A DNA stretch of 64,000 bases from Candidatus Aenigmatarchaeota archaeon (GCA_016187395.1 JACPJV010000006.1:62345-126344); one strand, 5' to 3'; numbered from the stretch's first letter, positions 41,849-51,510 are shown. Program-made: numbers and translations. The notes: generated by a model from the sequence alone, not told the origin.

Positions 41849-42454
41849 ATGATGGCGCAAAAATTTTACTACAAGGGTCTTGTTTTGAACATACCTGAAG
41901 GCGTATACGCTCCTTCAGAGGACTCGCTTCTTTTTGCAGAGACATTGGAAAATATGCAGCTAAAAGGCATTAAGGTGTTGGAAATTGGAACAGGCTCTGG
42001 ATTTCTTGCAATCTTGGCTGCGAGAAAAAATGCGAAGGTAGATGCATGCGATATCAACCCTATAGCTGTGAAAGCTGCAAGAAAGAATGCGGAAGCAAAC
42101 GGAGCTGTATTTCGTGCATTTGTTTCAGACCTTTTCAAGAACGTGAAAGGACGATATGAGATTATAATATTCAATCCGCCCTACCTTCCTGAAGATGAGG
42201 AAGATGAAATTGCCGGCAGAAGCATGCAATATTCTGGCGGCAGGCACGGAAATAAAATCATAAAGAAATTTCTGGATGGCGCGAAAAGGCACCTGAATAA
42301 GGATGGAAGAATATTGATCGTTATTTCATCCTTGACAAAGCACGTTGGAATGAAAAAATATGGATTTGAAACCAGGGTTATTGGAAAAAGGAAAATGTGG
42401 TTCGAGGAGCTGCTTTTGATGGAATTGACTATAAAAAGAAATATGCCGATTTAA
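41849..42454 (+). CDS. HemK2/PrmC-family N5-glutamine methyltransferase
   Basis: VYAPSEDS, LEIGTGSG, FNPPY. Confidence 0.9.
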   Translation: MMAQKFYYKGLVLNIPEGVYAPSEDSLLFAETLENMQLKGIKVLEIGTGSGFLAILAARKNAKVDACDINPIAVKAARKNAEANGAVFRAFVSDLFKNVKGRYEIIIFNPPYLPEDEEDEIAGRSMQYSGGRHGNKIIKKFLDGAKRHLNKDGRILIVISSLTKHVGMKKYGFETRVIGKRKMWFEELLLMELTIKRNMPI

Positions 42455-42457
42455 TTC

Positions 42458-42757
42458 ATGGTTGATCTTCCGATAGATATAACAGGACTGTTCCCTGCCG
42501 GCGTTGGCATAGCACCGGTCGCACTTATCATAGGATTCATAGCGTTCATACTTGTTTTCAAGACAATACTCGGCTTTCTGAAGAATATACTTATCGTGGC
42601 TGTTGCATCTGCTGCATTTCCTTTTGTTCTTGTTTACATCGGGTACTCGATGCCAATAACCTTCTCTTCAATAACAGGATTTGTGATCCTCGGCATTTTG
42701 TTGTACGCAGCGCTTTCGGTTTTTAAATTTGCAGCGCGCATTGCAGGTAAAAAATAG
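42458..42757 (+). CDS. Small membrane protein
   Basis: Three hydrophobic helices; operonic. Confidence 0.6.
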   Translation: MVDLPIDITGLFPAGVGIAPVALIIGFIAFILVFKTILGFLKNILIVAVASAAFPFVLVYIGYSMPITFSSITGFVILGILLYAALSVFKFAARIAGKK

Positions 42758-42769
42758 TTTTAAATAGCG

Positions 42770-43957
42770 ATGATTTTTATTATTGAAAGATGGTTTTTTA
42801 TGTTCGTAGCATTGCAGCAGGATGTTTTTGGAGCTATAATCTGGATGGTAGTGCTCTTCGGATTCTTCATAATGTACCCGCGACTGATGCTCTCGCAGGC
42901 GATATGGCAACTGGAGCAGTCTGCCCGAAAATTAGAGGCTATGTCCGACAGGGCGAACGTACTGGCCACGAAGAAAAGCGGAAACAGAAATGCAAAGAAG
43001 GACATAGACAGATTCACTGAGTTTTTCGTGATAGAGCCGAGCTCCCTGGATCCTTTTGGCATCGTGAGAAAGATAGACCAGCTCATAAGGCAGACAGAAA
43101 ACAGGTTCCATGAATTTACTGACTCTATAGCAAAAGGGAAAAGCTGGCAGGAAAAGCGCGAGCTTGATTATGCCCTGCGCGCTGCGATAGGCCTGAAGCA
43201 GCTTGCAAAGATCGTGAGGCATTTCGTGGAGATGAGCAAGAAGTTCAAGAACTGGCAGCTTGCACTGCTGATACGCATGCAGATGCCTCTGATTGAAAAG
43301 ATTGCAGAAGGCGAATTCAAGGGTGCACAGGCTTTCATGAATGGCTGGCCTGTAGGCGATTCCATAGGGCCTCTTATCGCTGTTTCGTTCCTTAAAAAAT
43401 CAAAGCCGATTGCAGAGGATGTCGTTGCCGGAGAAGAGACTATAGAAGGGAGAAGATGCGTGATCTTGAAGGCATCGGGTCCTGTACCATCCCTTGGAAG
43501 GATAGATGAAGCTATTGAGCGGATTTTCAAAAAGCACAAGATCGCGCATGTTGTGACCATAGACGCAGCGCAGAAGCTCGAAGGCGAAAAAAGCGGCTCT
43601 GTTGCAGAAGGCGTTGGCTTTGCAATGGGAGGCATAGGACAGAGGGAGATAATAGAAAACACACTTCTGCCGAAGAAGATGCCCATAGATTCTATCGCCA
43701 TAAAGGTTGGGATGGAAGAAGCCATAATGCCGATGCTGATGGGCATTTATAATGCGGTTCAAGAGGGACAGGAGGCCGTGAAGCGCTCTGTTCGCCGTGT
43801 GCCTAAAGGAAAGAAGATTCTTGTCATAGGCGTTGGCAACTCTTGCGGCATACCGAACGACAATAAAAACCTCGATAGCGTGAAAAAGATAGTGCAGAAA
43901 TTAAATGCAAAGATGATCAAAGAGGAAAAAGAATCCAAGAAAGGAGGCTGGTTCTAG
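42770..43957 (+). CDS. DUF1512-family protein
   Basis: GDSIGPL, IDAAQKLEGEKSGSVAEGVGFAMGG, IGVGNSCGI. Confidence 0.85.
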   Translation: MIFIIERWFFMFVALQQDVFGAIIWMVVLFGFFIMYPRLMLSQAIWQLEQSARKLEAMSDRANVLATKKSGNRNAKKDIDRFTEFFVIEPSSLDPFGIVRKIDQLIRQTENRFHEFTDSIAKGKSWQEKRELDYALRAAIGLKQLAKIVRHFVEMSKKFKNWQLALLIRMQMPLIEKIAEGEFKGAQAFMNGWPVGDSIGPLIAVSFLKKSKPIAEDVVAGEETIEGRRCVILKASGPVPSLGRIDEAIERIFKKHKIAHVVTIDAAQKLEGEKSGSVAEGVGFAMGGIGQREIIENTLLPKKMPIDSIAIKVGMEEAIMPMLMGIYNAVQEGQEAVKRSVRRVPKGKKILVIGVGNSCGIPNDNKNLDSVKKIVQKLNAKMIKEEKESKKGGWF

Positions 43958-44039
43958 ATTTAATTTATTCAGTTCTATAGAAATCCTTGCCGAAATTATT
44001 AGGAAGCCACCTTCGAAATCTTAGCGTGGCTTGGAAGGC

Positions 44040-44160
44040 GAATGGACGTTAGTGAATGGACGGTGGATGAATGGACATTCCTGCAGGAATGTCAGTTTGT
44101 GTTCGCTGCAGAAAGTGTCGTTTGCCTCCGCTGCAGGAACGTCAGTTTGTAGCTCGAAGC
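44040..44160 (-). repeat. Cluster of hairpin repeats (CAAACTGAC-hairpin-GTCCATTCA family)
   Basis: Reverse complement shares CAAACTGAC..TCCTGCAGGA..GTCCATTC with 63830-63868 and 5981-6020. Confidence 0.6.
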
Positions 44161-44237
44161 TGCCGGGCTAATGAAGCAACATTCCCCTAACCGGGCATTT
44201 CTACAAAGCCAAAATAACATCATGGATTTTCAAGATG

Positions 44238-44822
44238 TCATAGGCCAGCATGGACAAGTCTGCGAAGAAGGCGTGGTATTCCATTTCTCCCTGCATACCC
44301 GCTTCTGGCAGCTGCCTCTGCCTGTCCAGCAACCTCTCCAGCTCCTTCAGGAACGTATGTTCCGGAATGTATGCTTCCTTCATCTGCACGGCCGTTGCCA
44401 TCGGCTTTTGGCCTAAAAACATAGTTAGGGTCTCCATCATCAAAGGTTACATACGGTTCGCCAAGCCGTATCGGCTTGTCTCCTTGTCCACGGCGAACTA
44501 CAAGAAGCTGTTGAACCTCGTATATACGAACCATTCCGTCTCCTAAAGGAAACTCCCCAATGTCTCTGGAACTCTGTTCAAATCTTTCTATTTCATGGCC
44601 TTCATATCCGTCTTCTACGTCCCCGAAGCATGTGATGTAATAATCGCCATCAGGCGCTTCTATATGTATAACCTCTTCAAGAAAACGTCCATACTTCAGC
44701 TCGTCAAGTATCCCAACCAGTCTTCCCCCGGAAATTCTCAGAGGAACTACCCTGGGTAAGCCTCCAAATACCGCATCAGGAATTCCGCGAACCCTGTGTA
44801 TGCTAGGTTTAACTAGTCTCAT
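44238..44822 (-). CDS. Hypothetical protein (possibly frameshifted into ORF 44201-44443)
   Basis: Two overlapping same-strand ORFs. Confidence 0.4.
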   Translation of the reverse strand: MRLVKPSIHRVRGIPDAVFGGLPRVVPLRISGGRLVGILDELKYGRFLEEVIHIEAPDGDYYITCFGDVEDGYEGHEIERFEQSSRDIGEFPLGDGMVRIYEVQQLLVVRRGQGDKPIRLGEPYVTFDDGDPNYVFRPKADGNGRADEGSIHSGTYVPEGAGEVAGQAEAAARSGYAGRNGIPRLLRRLVHAGL

Positions 44823-44987
44823 TTTAATTACCTGCTTCTTGTAACTCGCGGCACGTTAAGTACTTTTTGTTAATCCAGCAACTATTTTGCAGATTTTCGT
44901 TTGTAGGTTACTGAGTAGGTTATAGTGATGCAAGGAGAACAAACCTAGATAGTAAAATTATATACCGCCCCAAACCTTCTATTTACC

Positions 44988-45686
44988 ATGGCTGAAGTTT
45001 TTGTGCCATTGGCAATATCGCTTTTATTAGGAATAATAAGCCTTTTCAGCGACAGGCTTGTGAATAGATTCGAGAAATATCATGAAGAGCTGATGAGCCT
45101 CTCTGCAGGCATATTGATTACAATAATACTCATGGCTTTCATCGGCGTCATAGCCGGCGGAGCAGACATCTTTGGCAGCATCGTCTATCTCTATCTTGCC
45201 ATGGGGTTTGTGATATTCCACACAGCAGAAAAATACGTTTACAAGCACGTGCCAAGCAGCATGATGAAGCACATAAGGAAAGAATTGAATCAAATGCACC
45301 TGTTCGGCTTTGCCGTGGATCACATCATCATGGGGATGTTCCTTGTAATGTTGTGGTTCCTGCATTCCTTAACAGTTCTGTATATTCTGGTCGTGCCGTT
45401 TATAATCCACGTGGTCGCATCTGCCCACCCAATAAGGCATCTGGGAATGAAGCTGCATGAGTTATGGACTAACATTACGCTTGCGCTGTCAATACCGTTT
45501 GGATCGCTTGTTGCGCTGTTCCTTTTGGGGCATCAGGAGGCGTTGTACAGTGTTTTTGCTCTGATAACAGGCACGCTTCTTTACATAGTTGTGAGGGACG
45601 TAACGCCTAAATACAGAAAAGGGAACATCTACTGGTTCTTGATTGGTTTTCTCATAACTGCAGCAGTTCAGGTTATTCTGGTTTAA
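44988..45686 (+). CDS. ZIP-family-like metal transporter
   Basis: SLSAGI, HTAEK, His-containing TMs, GTLLYIVVRDVTP. Confidence 0.75.
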   Translation: MAEVFVPLAISLLLGIISLFSDRLVNRFEKYHEELMSLSAGILITIILMAFIGVIAGGADIFGSIVYLYLAMGFVIFHTAEKYVYKHVPSSMMKHIRKELNQMHLFGFAVDHIIMGMFLVMLWFLHSLTVLYILVVPFIIHVVASAHPIRHLGMKLHELWTNITLALSIPFGSLVALFLLGHQEALYSVFALITGTLLYIVVRDVTPKYRKGNIYWFLIGFLITAAVQVILV

Positions 45687-45778
45687 GGCTGGTAAGCAGA
45701 ACTACATAGGTTTTCATCAGAATAAATTCAAAAAGTTTATAGAAAAGAATACTTCGTCTGGCTCCAGAGAGTGCATAT

Positions 45779-45934
45779 CTAGCCCTTGCTCGACAGCTTG
45801 TGCTTTTTCACAAAGGTCCAGATCCTCTTTGTCATTTCGCTAGGCGCGATAGGATGGCTGCCGAAAATTTCCTCAGCTGTCTCGGTTCGTCCCTTGAAGC
45901 TTATCTGATATCCACCAAATGCTTTCTTTGCCAT
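45779..45934 (-). CDS. Minimal SWIB/MDM2-like domain protein (51 aa)
   Basis: Manual translation ...AEEIFGSHPIAPSEMTKRIWTFVKKHKL resembles SWIB core SRxEVxKxxWxYIKxHxL. Confidence 0.6.
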   Translation of the reverse strand: MAKKAFGGYQISFKGRTETAEEIFGSHPIAPSEMTKRIWTFVKKHKLSSKG

Positions 45935-46060
45935 GCGAAAACTTGCAAAGAAGCGTATAAAAAGGCTTCAGGGGATCGTGAATTATGAGCTTTCAGTAGG
46001 CACAAGATACAGAATCCAAGTCCCATTAGGTATTTAAATTCTAGGCTTCTAAAACTGAAT

Positions 46061-46192
46061 ATGGGAATGATTACCATATCAAAAGAGGAGTATGAACATC
46101 TAAAGAAAATCGAAGAATTAGACAGAGAGCTCTTGGAGGACATAGCCCACGGAATAAAGGACATTCTTTCTGGTAAAGTAAAAGAAGTTTAA
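46061..46192 (+). CDS. Small putative antitoxin (43 aa), convergent with RelE-like gene
   Basis: Manual translation MGMITISKEEYEHLKKIEELDRELLEDIAHGIKDILSGKVKEV; TTTAAA TATA upstream. Confidence 0.6.
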   Translation: MGMITISKEEYEHLKKIEELDRELLEDIAHGIKDILSGKVKEV

Positions 46193-46521
46193 AGTTCCCT
46201 TAGAATTTTATCTATTTCCTCTTTGTAAACTTTTAGATTCGAAACAATAAAATCTATGTCCCGCTGCTGTGCTTTCTTGTCCGTTATGGTGACTAGGAAT
46301 ACAACAAAATGCTCCTCGTAAACCAAGAACAAAAGCCTGCGTCCATCAAATTTCTTCTCCCTGAAAAATCTATAGCCCAAGGGCTTCCCGCTGAAAGGCT
46401 CACTCTTGAGGTGCTGCTCAAATTTCTCGATTCTCGCAATTTCTGATTTGTCAAGTTTCCGGAGTTTCCTGTCGTACCATTCAGAGCGAAAAACACGACA
46501 ATCCATAATACTTTCATTCAT
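46189..46521 (-). CDS. RelE/ParE-like toxin
   Basis: PFSGKPLGYRFFREKKFDGRRLLFLVY. Confidence 0.75.
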   Translation of the reverse strand: MNESIMDCRVFRSEWYDRKLRKLDKSEIARIEKFEQHLKSEPFSGKPLGYRFFREKKFDGRRLLFLVYEEHFVVFLVTITDKKAQQRDIDFIVSNLKVYKEEIDKILREL

Positions 46522-46558
46522 AAGCGTCTTTTAATTCATCTTTTCCTGCCTGACTCCA

Positions 46559-46777
46559 TCAACCCCTGGCAGTCAGGAAGTCCTTGATTATAAGTATTAC
46601 AGCCACCAGCAGAAGCAGCCATCCCAGCATCGTGGTTACGTCATTCCTTATGCCGAATATCAGCGACAGCGAAACAATGACTACAGCAGCGTTGAACGCG
46701 AACCATTGTATCATACCATTTTCCAGAGCAATCCAGCGGATTAAAAGCTCCCCTTCAACCTTATCCATGCTTTTCAA
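46559..46777 (-). CDS. Small membrane protein
   Basis: Two TM helices. Confidence 0.45.
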   Translation of the reverse strand: MKSMDKVEGELLIRWIALENGMIQWFAFNAAVVIVSLSLIFGIRNDVTTMLGWLLLLVAVILIIKDFLTARG

Positions 46778-47519
46778 TATTTACCGCTCCTTGCTTTCAC
46801 ATTTCGGCCCCCAGAACTGGTGGCCAGCGGAAGGAGGCTTTCAGCCAAGGGAATGGGAAATCTGCATAGGCGCTATTCTCACCCAGAACACGAACTGGAA
46901 GAACGTTGAGAAGGCATTGGCAAACCTGAAAGAGGCAAAGGCATTGTCTCCAGAAGGCATAGCACAAATGAATGTTGCGAAAATTGCGAAGCTCATACGG
47001 CCAAGTGGATATTTCCGGCAGAAAGCCAAGCGTCTTAAAGAATTTGCAAAATTTGTGCTTTCTTTCCCCGGCTTTAATGAATTTTTAGATAGTATAACTC
47101 GTGAGCAACTTCTACAAGCCAATGGCATAGGCAGGGAAACAGCAGACAGCATTTTACTTTATGCTTGCAACCGCCCTGTATTTGTCATAGATGCGTACAC
47201 AAGAAGAATTTTATCCAGAATAGGAATGATAGACGAAAGCCTGGATTACGACGACATCCGCCTTTATCTTGAATATCAGCTAGGCTCTGCTGACGATGCG
47301 AGAAGGTTTTCAGCGCTTAAGGAAAAGGAAATTGTGCAATTATACAACGAATTCCACGCCCTGCTTGTCGCGCTTGGAAAAAACATCTGCACAAAGAGCG
47401 AGCCTGCTTGCGGCGAATGCCCTATCAGCGATCACTGCAGGCATGGCGCAAAGGCTTTGGGCAAGCCCGCTCCTTCCTTTGACAGCCGCGGCTCGCTGGC
47501 GGTTCTGGGAGGGCATTGA
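46767..47519 (+). CDS. Endonuclease III-like HhH-GPD DNA glycosylase
   Basis: GAILTQNTNW, GIGRETADSILLYA, VIDAY, C-x6-C-x2-C-x5-C FeS motif. Confidence 0.88.
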   Translation: MLFNIYRSLLSHFGPQNWWPAEGGFQPREWEICIGAILTQNTNWKNVEKALANLKEAKALSPEGIAQMNVAKIAKLIRPSGYFRQKAKRLKEFAKFVLSFPGFNEFLDSITREQLLQANGIGRETADSILLYACNRPVFVIDAYTRRILSRIGMIDESLDYDDIRLYLEYQLGSADDARRFSALKEKEIVQLYNEFHALLVALGKNICTKSEPACGECPISDHCRHGAKALGKPAPSFDSRGSLAVLGGH

Positions 47520-47733
47520 AGAAGCAGAAATCAACAAATCAAAGAAAAATGAGGAAAGCAAAGGATGCAACGTTCAATTCTCCGCTCTATGGTATTACCA
47601 TATCATACCAACATTTTCCATACTAATCTCGTCTATACTGAACTGCTTTTGTATATTATCCAATTAGGAAATAATATGATGCCTATTTAAGGATGCGTGT
47701 AATGTTATTTCCCATCTTATGGGGTAATTAGAT

Positions 47734-48189
47734 ATGACAGAAAAGAAAAAGTTGAAGGAAAGAATAGCAGAGGAAATGTTGGAAGACTACGGCGGCGCCT
47801 TGGAGCGGAACTTTGAACTGGCACAGAAAGTCATGCGGCTCACCCGCGACGGGAGGGTCCATATAACCATTGACAAATCGAAGCTTACGGGCAAGGAGCT
47901 AATCCAGCTCTACCTCATCGGAAAACTGTACGCCAAGGAAGGCGGCATAGTGGAAAGCGCCGCCGTTTCCAACAAGGAGCTGATGGAGGAGCTTGGGATT
48001 GTGCAGGGCTCTGTATTACCATGGACAAAGGAGCTTCGCGATGCTGGCAGGATAAAACCTACAGCAAGCGGCGTCCACGAAATACATCTCCATGTGGTCG
48101 AGGGCTTCCTGAAGAGCATCCTTTCAAAACTGAAGAGCATCCTTTCAAAACTTGGGGGTAGTGATCATGTCACAGACAGTCGAGGATAG
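47734..48189 (+). CDS. Winged-helix hypothetical protein
   Basis: SNKELMEELGIVQGSVLPWTKELRDAGRI. Confidence 0.6.
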   Translation: MTEKKKLKERIAEEMLEDYGGALERNFELAQKVMRLTRDGRVHITIDKSKLTGKELIQLYLIGKLYAKEGGIVESAAVSNKELMEELGIVQGSVLPWTKELRDAGRIKPTASGVHEIHLHVVEGFLKSILSKLKSILSKLGGSDHVTDSRG

Positions 48190-48571
48190 ACTCAATCATT
48201 TAGAAGAGCGTGTACAGAAGCTTGAGGCTATGCTTCAGCAAAAGCCCCCTGTTGGGGCTGCAGTCGAGAGGAAACTTTCTCTGACTGAGTTTCTGAGATC
48301 CAAGAATCCCAAGAACCATGTGGAGACGATAGTTTGCATGAGTTATTATCTGGAAAAGTTTCGAAACAAGGCTGCATTCACACGCAAGGATATTGACGCA
48401 TGCTACTCCGAAGCCCGTCAGACGAAGCCAAAGAATATATCGGACCTGATAGGCAAAGCAGCGCAGCGGGGGCTTGTAATGATGGCCGATGATGCGCCAT
48501 CCGGAGTTGCAAAAGCGTGGGTTCTGACTACCAGCGGCCTTGATTTCGTCGAAGGTCTGAAGGCAACATAA
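48152..48571 (+). CDS. Coiled-coil plus winged-helix hypothetical protein
   Basis: N-terminal heptads; FTRKDI...GLV...WVLTTSGLDFV wHTH end. Confidence 0.6.
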   Translation: MGVVIMSQTVEDRLNHLEERVQKLEAMLQQKPPVGAAVERKLSLTEFLRSKNPKNHVETIVCMSYYLEKFRNKAAFTRKDIDACYSEARQTKPKNISDLIGKAAQRGLVMMADDAPSGVAKAWVLTTSGLDFVEGLKAT

Positions 48572-48585
48572 CAAAAGGTGTTGAT

Positions 48586-49386
48586 ATGGAACTTTCAATT
48601 GAGATCGTTAAAGCTCTGCACGAAAGTGGCTTAGACAGACAGACCGTCGAGAACATGCTATCACACTATAGGAAGATGCGATGGGAATACGCGATGGCGG
48701 ACCACGAAGCCGTCGGGATGCATGCAGGTAAATTCTGCGAAAATGCATCCAACCTAGTACTTTCAATACTTACTGGCCAAATGGAAGAAAGGCCACAGTT
48801 GGGCAATGTTCTAACCAAAATAGACAAGGCGCAACCCAATACTCAGGTCGATGATATGATACGAGTAACAATACCGAGGATGCTTCGTGCCGTGTACGAG
48901 CTACGAAGCAAACGTGGAACTGTTCATGTCAATCTCAGAATGAAAGTCAATGAAATTGATTCCAAGCTAACCCTCGATATCTGCAGCTGGATTCTAGCCG
49001 AGTTCCTGAGAGTTTACCACTCCTCTGATATGGACATAGCCTGGAAGCTTATTGATAGAGTGTCCAAAGTTCAGCTTCCATTCATAGATGAATATAGAGG
49101 AAAGAAGCTGATAATGAACGCCAAATTATCTGTTCCAGAAGAGGTCCTGCTTCACCTCATAAATGCGGGCGTCGAGGTACCGGTTGATGAACTTATCAAA
49201 TGGATACCCAATGCCGATAGGAACCACGTCCTAACGGTTCTTCGACAGCTACACGACAAGCGATTGGTTCACTACGATGAAGGATTTGCAAAGATAACGC
49301 CTCTTGGTGCTACAGAGGCCGGTAGACTGATTTCGGAACTCCAGCCCACCCCTACTGATCTTAAAGAACTGAACTCAAATAAATAA
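48586..49386 (+). CDS. HEPN/Abi_C-like plus C-terminal wHTH protein
   Basis: AGKFCE...YELRSKRGTVH (Rx4-6H); C-terminal KITPLG. Confidence 0.6.
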   Translation: MELSIEIVKALHESGLDRQTVENMLSHYRKMRWEYAMADHEAVGMHAGKFCENASNLVLSILTGQMEERPQLGNVLTKIDKAQPNTQVDDMIRVTIPRMLRAVYELRSKRGTVHVNLRMKVNEIDSKLTLDICSWILAEFLRVYHSSDMDIAWKLIDRVSKVQLPFIDEYRGKKLIMNAKLSVPEEVLLHLINAGVEVPVDELIKWIPNADRNHVLTVLRQLHDKRLVHYDEGFAKITPLGATEAGRLISELQPTPTDLKELNSNK

Positions 49387-49400
49387 TTCGAGGTATTCAC

Positions 49401-49637
49401 ATGTCCCGCCTTCCAACCGTTTCCGGCAAAGAGATGATAAAATTTCTCTGCAATAAAAGAGGATTTCGCCTTGACAGGCAGAGAGGCAGCCATGCTATTG
49501 TGAAGGGCATGATTGGAGGGAAGGAAGTAGCCATACCAGTTCCGCTATACGATGAAATTTCCATTGGCGTGAGGAAAGATATTATTGCATGTGCAGGGAT
49601 GAGTGAGGAAGAATTTATCAGAGAATTCAGGCGATAG
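49401..49637 (+). CDS. hicA: HicA-family toxin
   Basis: RLPTVSGKEMIKFL...GFRLDRQRGSH...IPVP. Confidence 0.85.
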   Translation: MSRLPTVSGKEMIKFLCNKRGFRLDRQRGSHAIVKGMIGGKEVAIPVPLYDEISIGVRKDIIACAGMSEEEFIREFRR

Positions 49638-49854
49638 TTTTCTTGCGCGCTTCTACATCAATCCAGCCATAGTGGAGATCTTTCACTTCCTCGACATTCT
49701 CATTCGTCGCCTCCAGATAAAGCTCCACAGCCTCTTCAAGCATTTTTACCGCTTCCTCTTCTGTCTTGCCCTGCGTAGTAACAGGCAATGTAAGGCATCT
49801 GATGGTAAACCACCTGCCTTCCCTTACAATTGCATAGGGAATTTTTGCTTTCAT
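49627..49854 (-). CDS. hicB: HicB-family antitoxin
   Basis: EGRWF...LPVTTQGKTEEEAVKMLEEAVELYLE. Confidence 0.85.
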   Translation of the reverse strand: MKAKIPYAIVREGRWFTIRCLTLPVTTQGKTEEEAVKMLEEAVELYLEATNENVEEVKDLHYGWIDVEARKKTIA

Positions 49855-49889
49855 AATAATCGTTGTTTTAGCAAAATATATAAGCTTAG

Positions 49890-50036
49890 TGGGCCTGACG
49901 GGATTTGAACCCGCAACATCTTGCTTAAGAGGCAAGCGCTCTATTCCCTCCGTTCCCTTCCATCCCTTTCTTTGGGGTTCTCCAAGACCTTTCTTTCGGG
50001 AAAGAAAGGGATTGGACCAGGTTGAGCTACAGGCCC
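49890..50036 (-). tRNA. tRNA-Lys(CTT) with ~70-nt D-loop intron (~49944-50016)
   Basis: GGGCCTG/CAGGCCC-A acceptor, anticodon arm CTTGC-CT-CTT-AA-GCAAG, T-arm GCGGG-TTCAAAT-CCCGT; long structured insert between CCTGG and TAGAGC. Confidence 0.85.
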
Positions 50037-50104
50037 TTGGATGGAGAATAGGGAATTAGAAGATATTAAAATCATAGAGGTGATTTTCTATTCAGTGTGA
50101 TTTC

Positions 50105-50824
50105 ATGAAGCTGAAAGAAGAATTGATGAATTTTGAATACAGAGAAATAATACTGCCTTTGCAGGAAATTTTCCCCCAAATCAATATAGAAAAAATAAAG
50201 AGGCAATTTTTACCTCTTAAATATTACAACCCTTACAAAACTATTTTTGCAGTTGCATGCGAACTATGGAACGGTGGATATCAATCTATATTTACAAGTT
50301 CTGGTTTTTACGATACTAAGTTTGAGGTATTTTCAGGCCACTGTCACCAGTGCACCCCGGCATTAGGATTGGTTCTTAAGGCGCTTGGATTTGAAAGAGT
50401 CTCTTACCTAGAATGTTTCCGTGTCAGAGAACATTTTCCAAAAACAGGAATAATAGAGCAGGTACCGCCAACAGAGGAACCCAACCAAGAAGTGCGTGAA
50501 GAGTTCTGCAGCATAGGCCGCATTCCTTATTGCTGTCTTGAGGTTGTTATAGACGGCCAGCCACACTATCTGACAGGCAAGCACTTTAAGTCACAAAGCA
50601 GCGGAGCAATTGCCCTGCTTACACCGGTATGCTATAGGGATTTTGTTGGAGTGTTCAGACATCAGGACGATCCGAGTAAAAGCGGCATTTACCTAAAACC
50701 GATAGTCCCAGAAAACAATCCAGATGAAATAGATTTTTCTAGGCGCATCGTGTGGATGAAACAGACTGCAAAAGACCCTGCGCCGGAATATTTTGCAACA
50801 TTCCTGCGCATGCATCTTCAATGA
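50105..50824 (+). CDS. Hypothetical protein, arylamine N-acetyltransferase/transglutaminase-like
   Basis: SGHCHQCTPALGLVLKALGF resembles the NAT catalytic-Cys helix. Confidence 0.5.
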   Translation: MKLKEELMNFEYREIILPLQEIFPQINIEKIKRQFLPLKYYNPYKTIFAVACELWNGGYQSIFTSSGFYDTKFEVFSGHCHQCTPALGLVLKALGFERVSYLECFRVREHFPKTGIIEQVPPTEEPNQEVREEFCSIGRIPYCCLEVVIDGQPHYLTGKHFKSQSSGAIALLTPVCYRDFVGVFRHQDDPSKSGIYLKPIVPENNPDEIDFSRRIVWMKQTAKDPAPEYFATFLRMHLQ

Positions 50825-51492
50825 TTTCTCCTGAAATGGTGCATGTATTTGTGCCTGAATGCGTAGAGAACATAAGCAACGCATATGATGATGCTTACAG
50901 CTATGATATTTTCCAAAATATTCAGTTGGGTTGCAAAGCTGGTGTAAGTTGAACCTAAACTCCATCCCATAAATGCCAGGATAAACGTCCTTGGTATAGA
51001 GCCTATTAGCGTAGAAAGAGCATACTTCCACTTGTTGAGCCTGAGAACGCCTGACGTAAGCGAGACCAGTGCTATGGGGAAAAACGGTATTGCCCTTAGT
51101 ACTGTTATTGTTATCCAGGTTTTTCTCGTGTCCTTGAACCTTTTCTCTGTTTTCTCCACATCCTTCCAGCCAAATCCAAGGAATTTTTCAAATCTGGTTA
51201 CAGTCGCCTTGCCGCCGTAATACCCGATAAAGTAGACGAAGAACGACCCTATGGTTGAAGCTATCGAGGCAGGTATCACGATGAGAAAAAATATCTGAGT
51301 CAGAGCCTCGCCGATGCTTATGCCGGCGGGGATCAGGATGAAGCTGGCTCCCATTATCACAAGCGGAGAAGGTATGGGAACAAACACCTCTTCTATAATG
51401 ACTGCAACAAACACGCTCAAAGGGCCGTAAGTCTGGACTAATAAAAATATCCATTGCATTATACCTTCGAAGTATTCCAGAACCATTAGCAT
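50818..51492 (-). CDS. DedA/SNARE-associated (VTT) membrane protein
   Basis: EEVFVPIPS, LRAIPFFP, GSIPRT. Confidence 0.88.
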   Translation of the reverse strand: MLMVLEYFEGIMQWIFLLVQTYGPLSVFVAVIIEEVFVPIPSPLVIMGASFILIPAGISIGEALTQIFFLIVIPASIASTIGSFFVYFIGYYGGKATVTRFEKFLGFGWKDVEKTEKRFKDTRKTWITITVLRAIPFFPIALVSLTSGVLRLNKWKYALSTLIGSIPRTFILAFMGWSLGSTYTSFATQLNILENIIAVSIIICVAYVLYAFRHKYMHHFRRNH

Positions 51493-51510
51493 AATTGAAA
51501 AAGCAAGTTA

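Noticed and set aside
44040..44160. Possible CRISPR array (repeated AATGGAC and GCTGCAG units)
   Set aside because: Repeats are short, irregularly spaced and degenerate; no cas genes in the window
48108..48151. Tandem 21-nt duplication CTGAAGAGCATCCTTTCAAAA
   Set aside because: Simple in-frame slippage (LKSILSK twice) with no further structure
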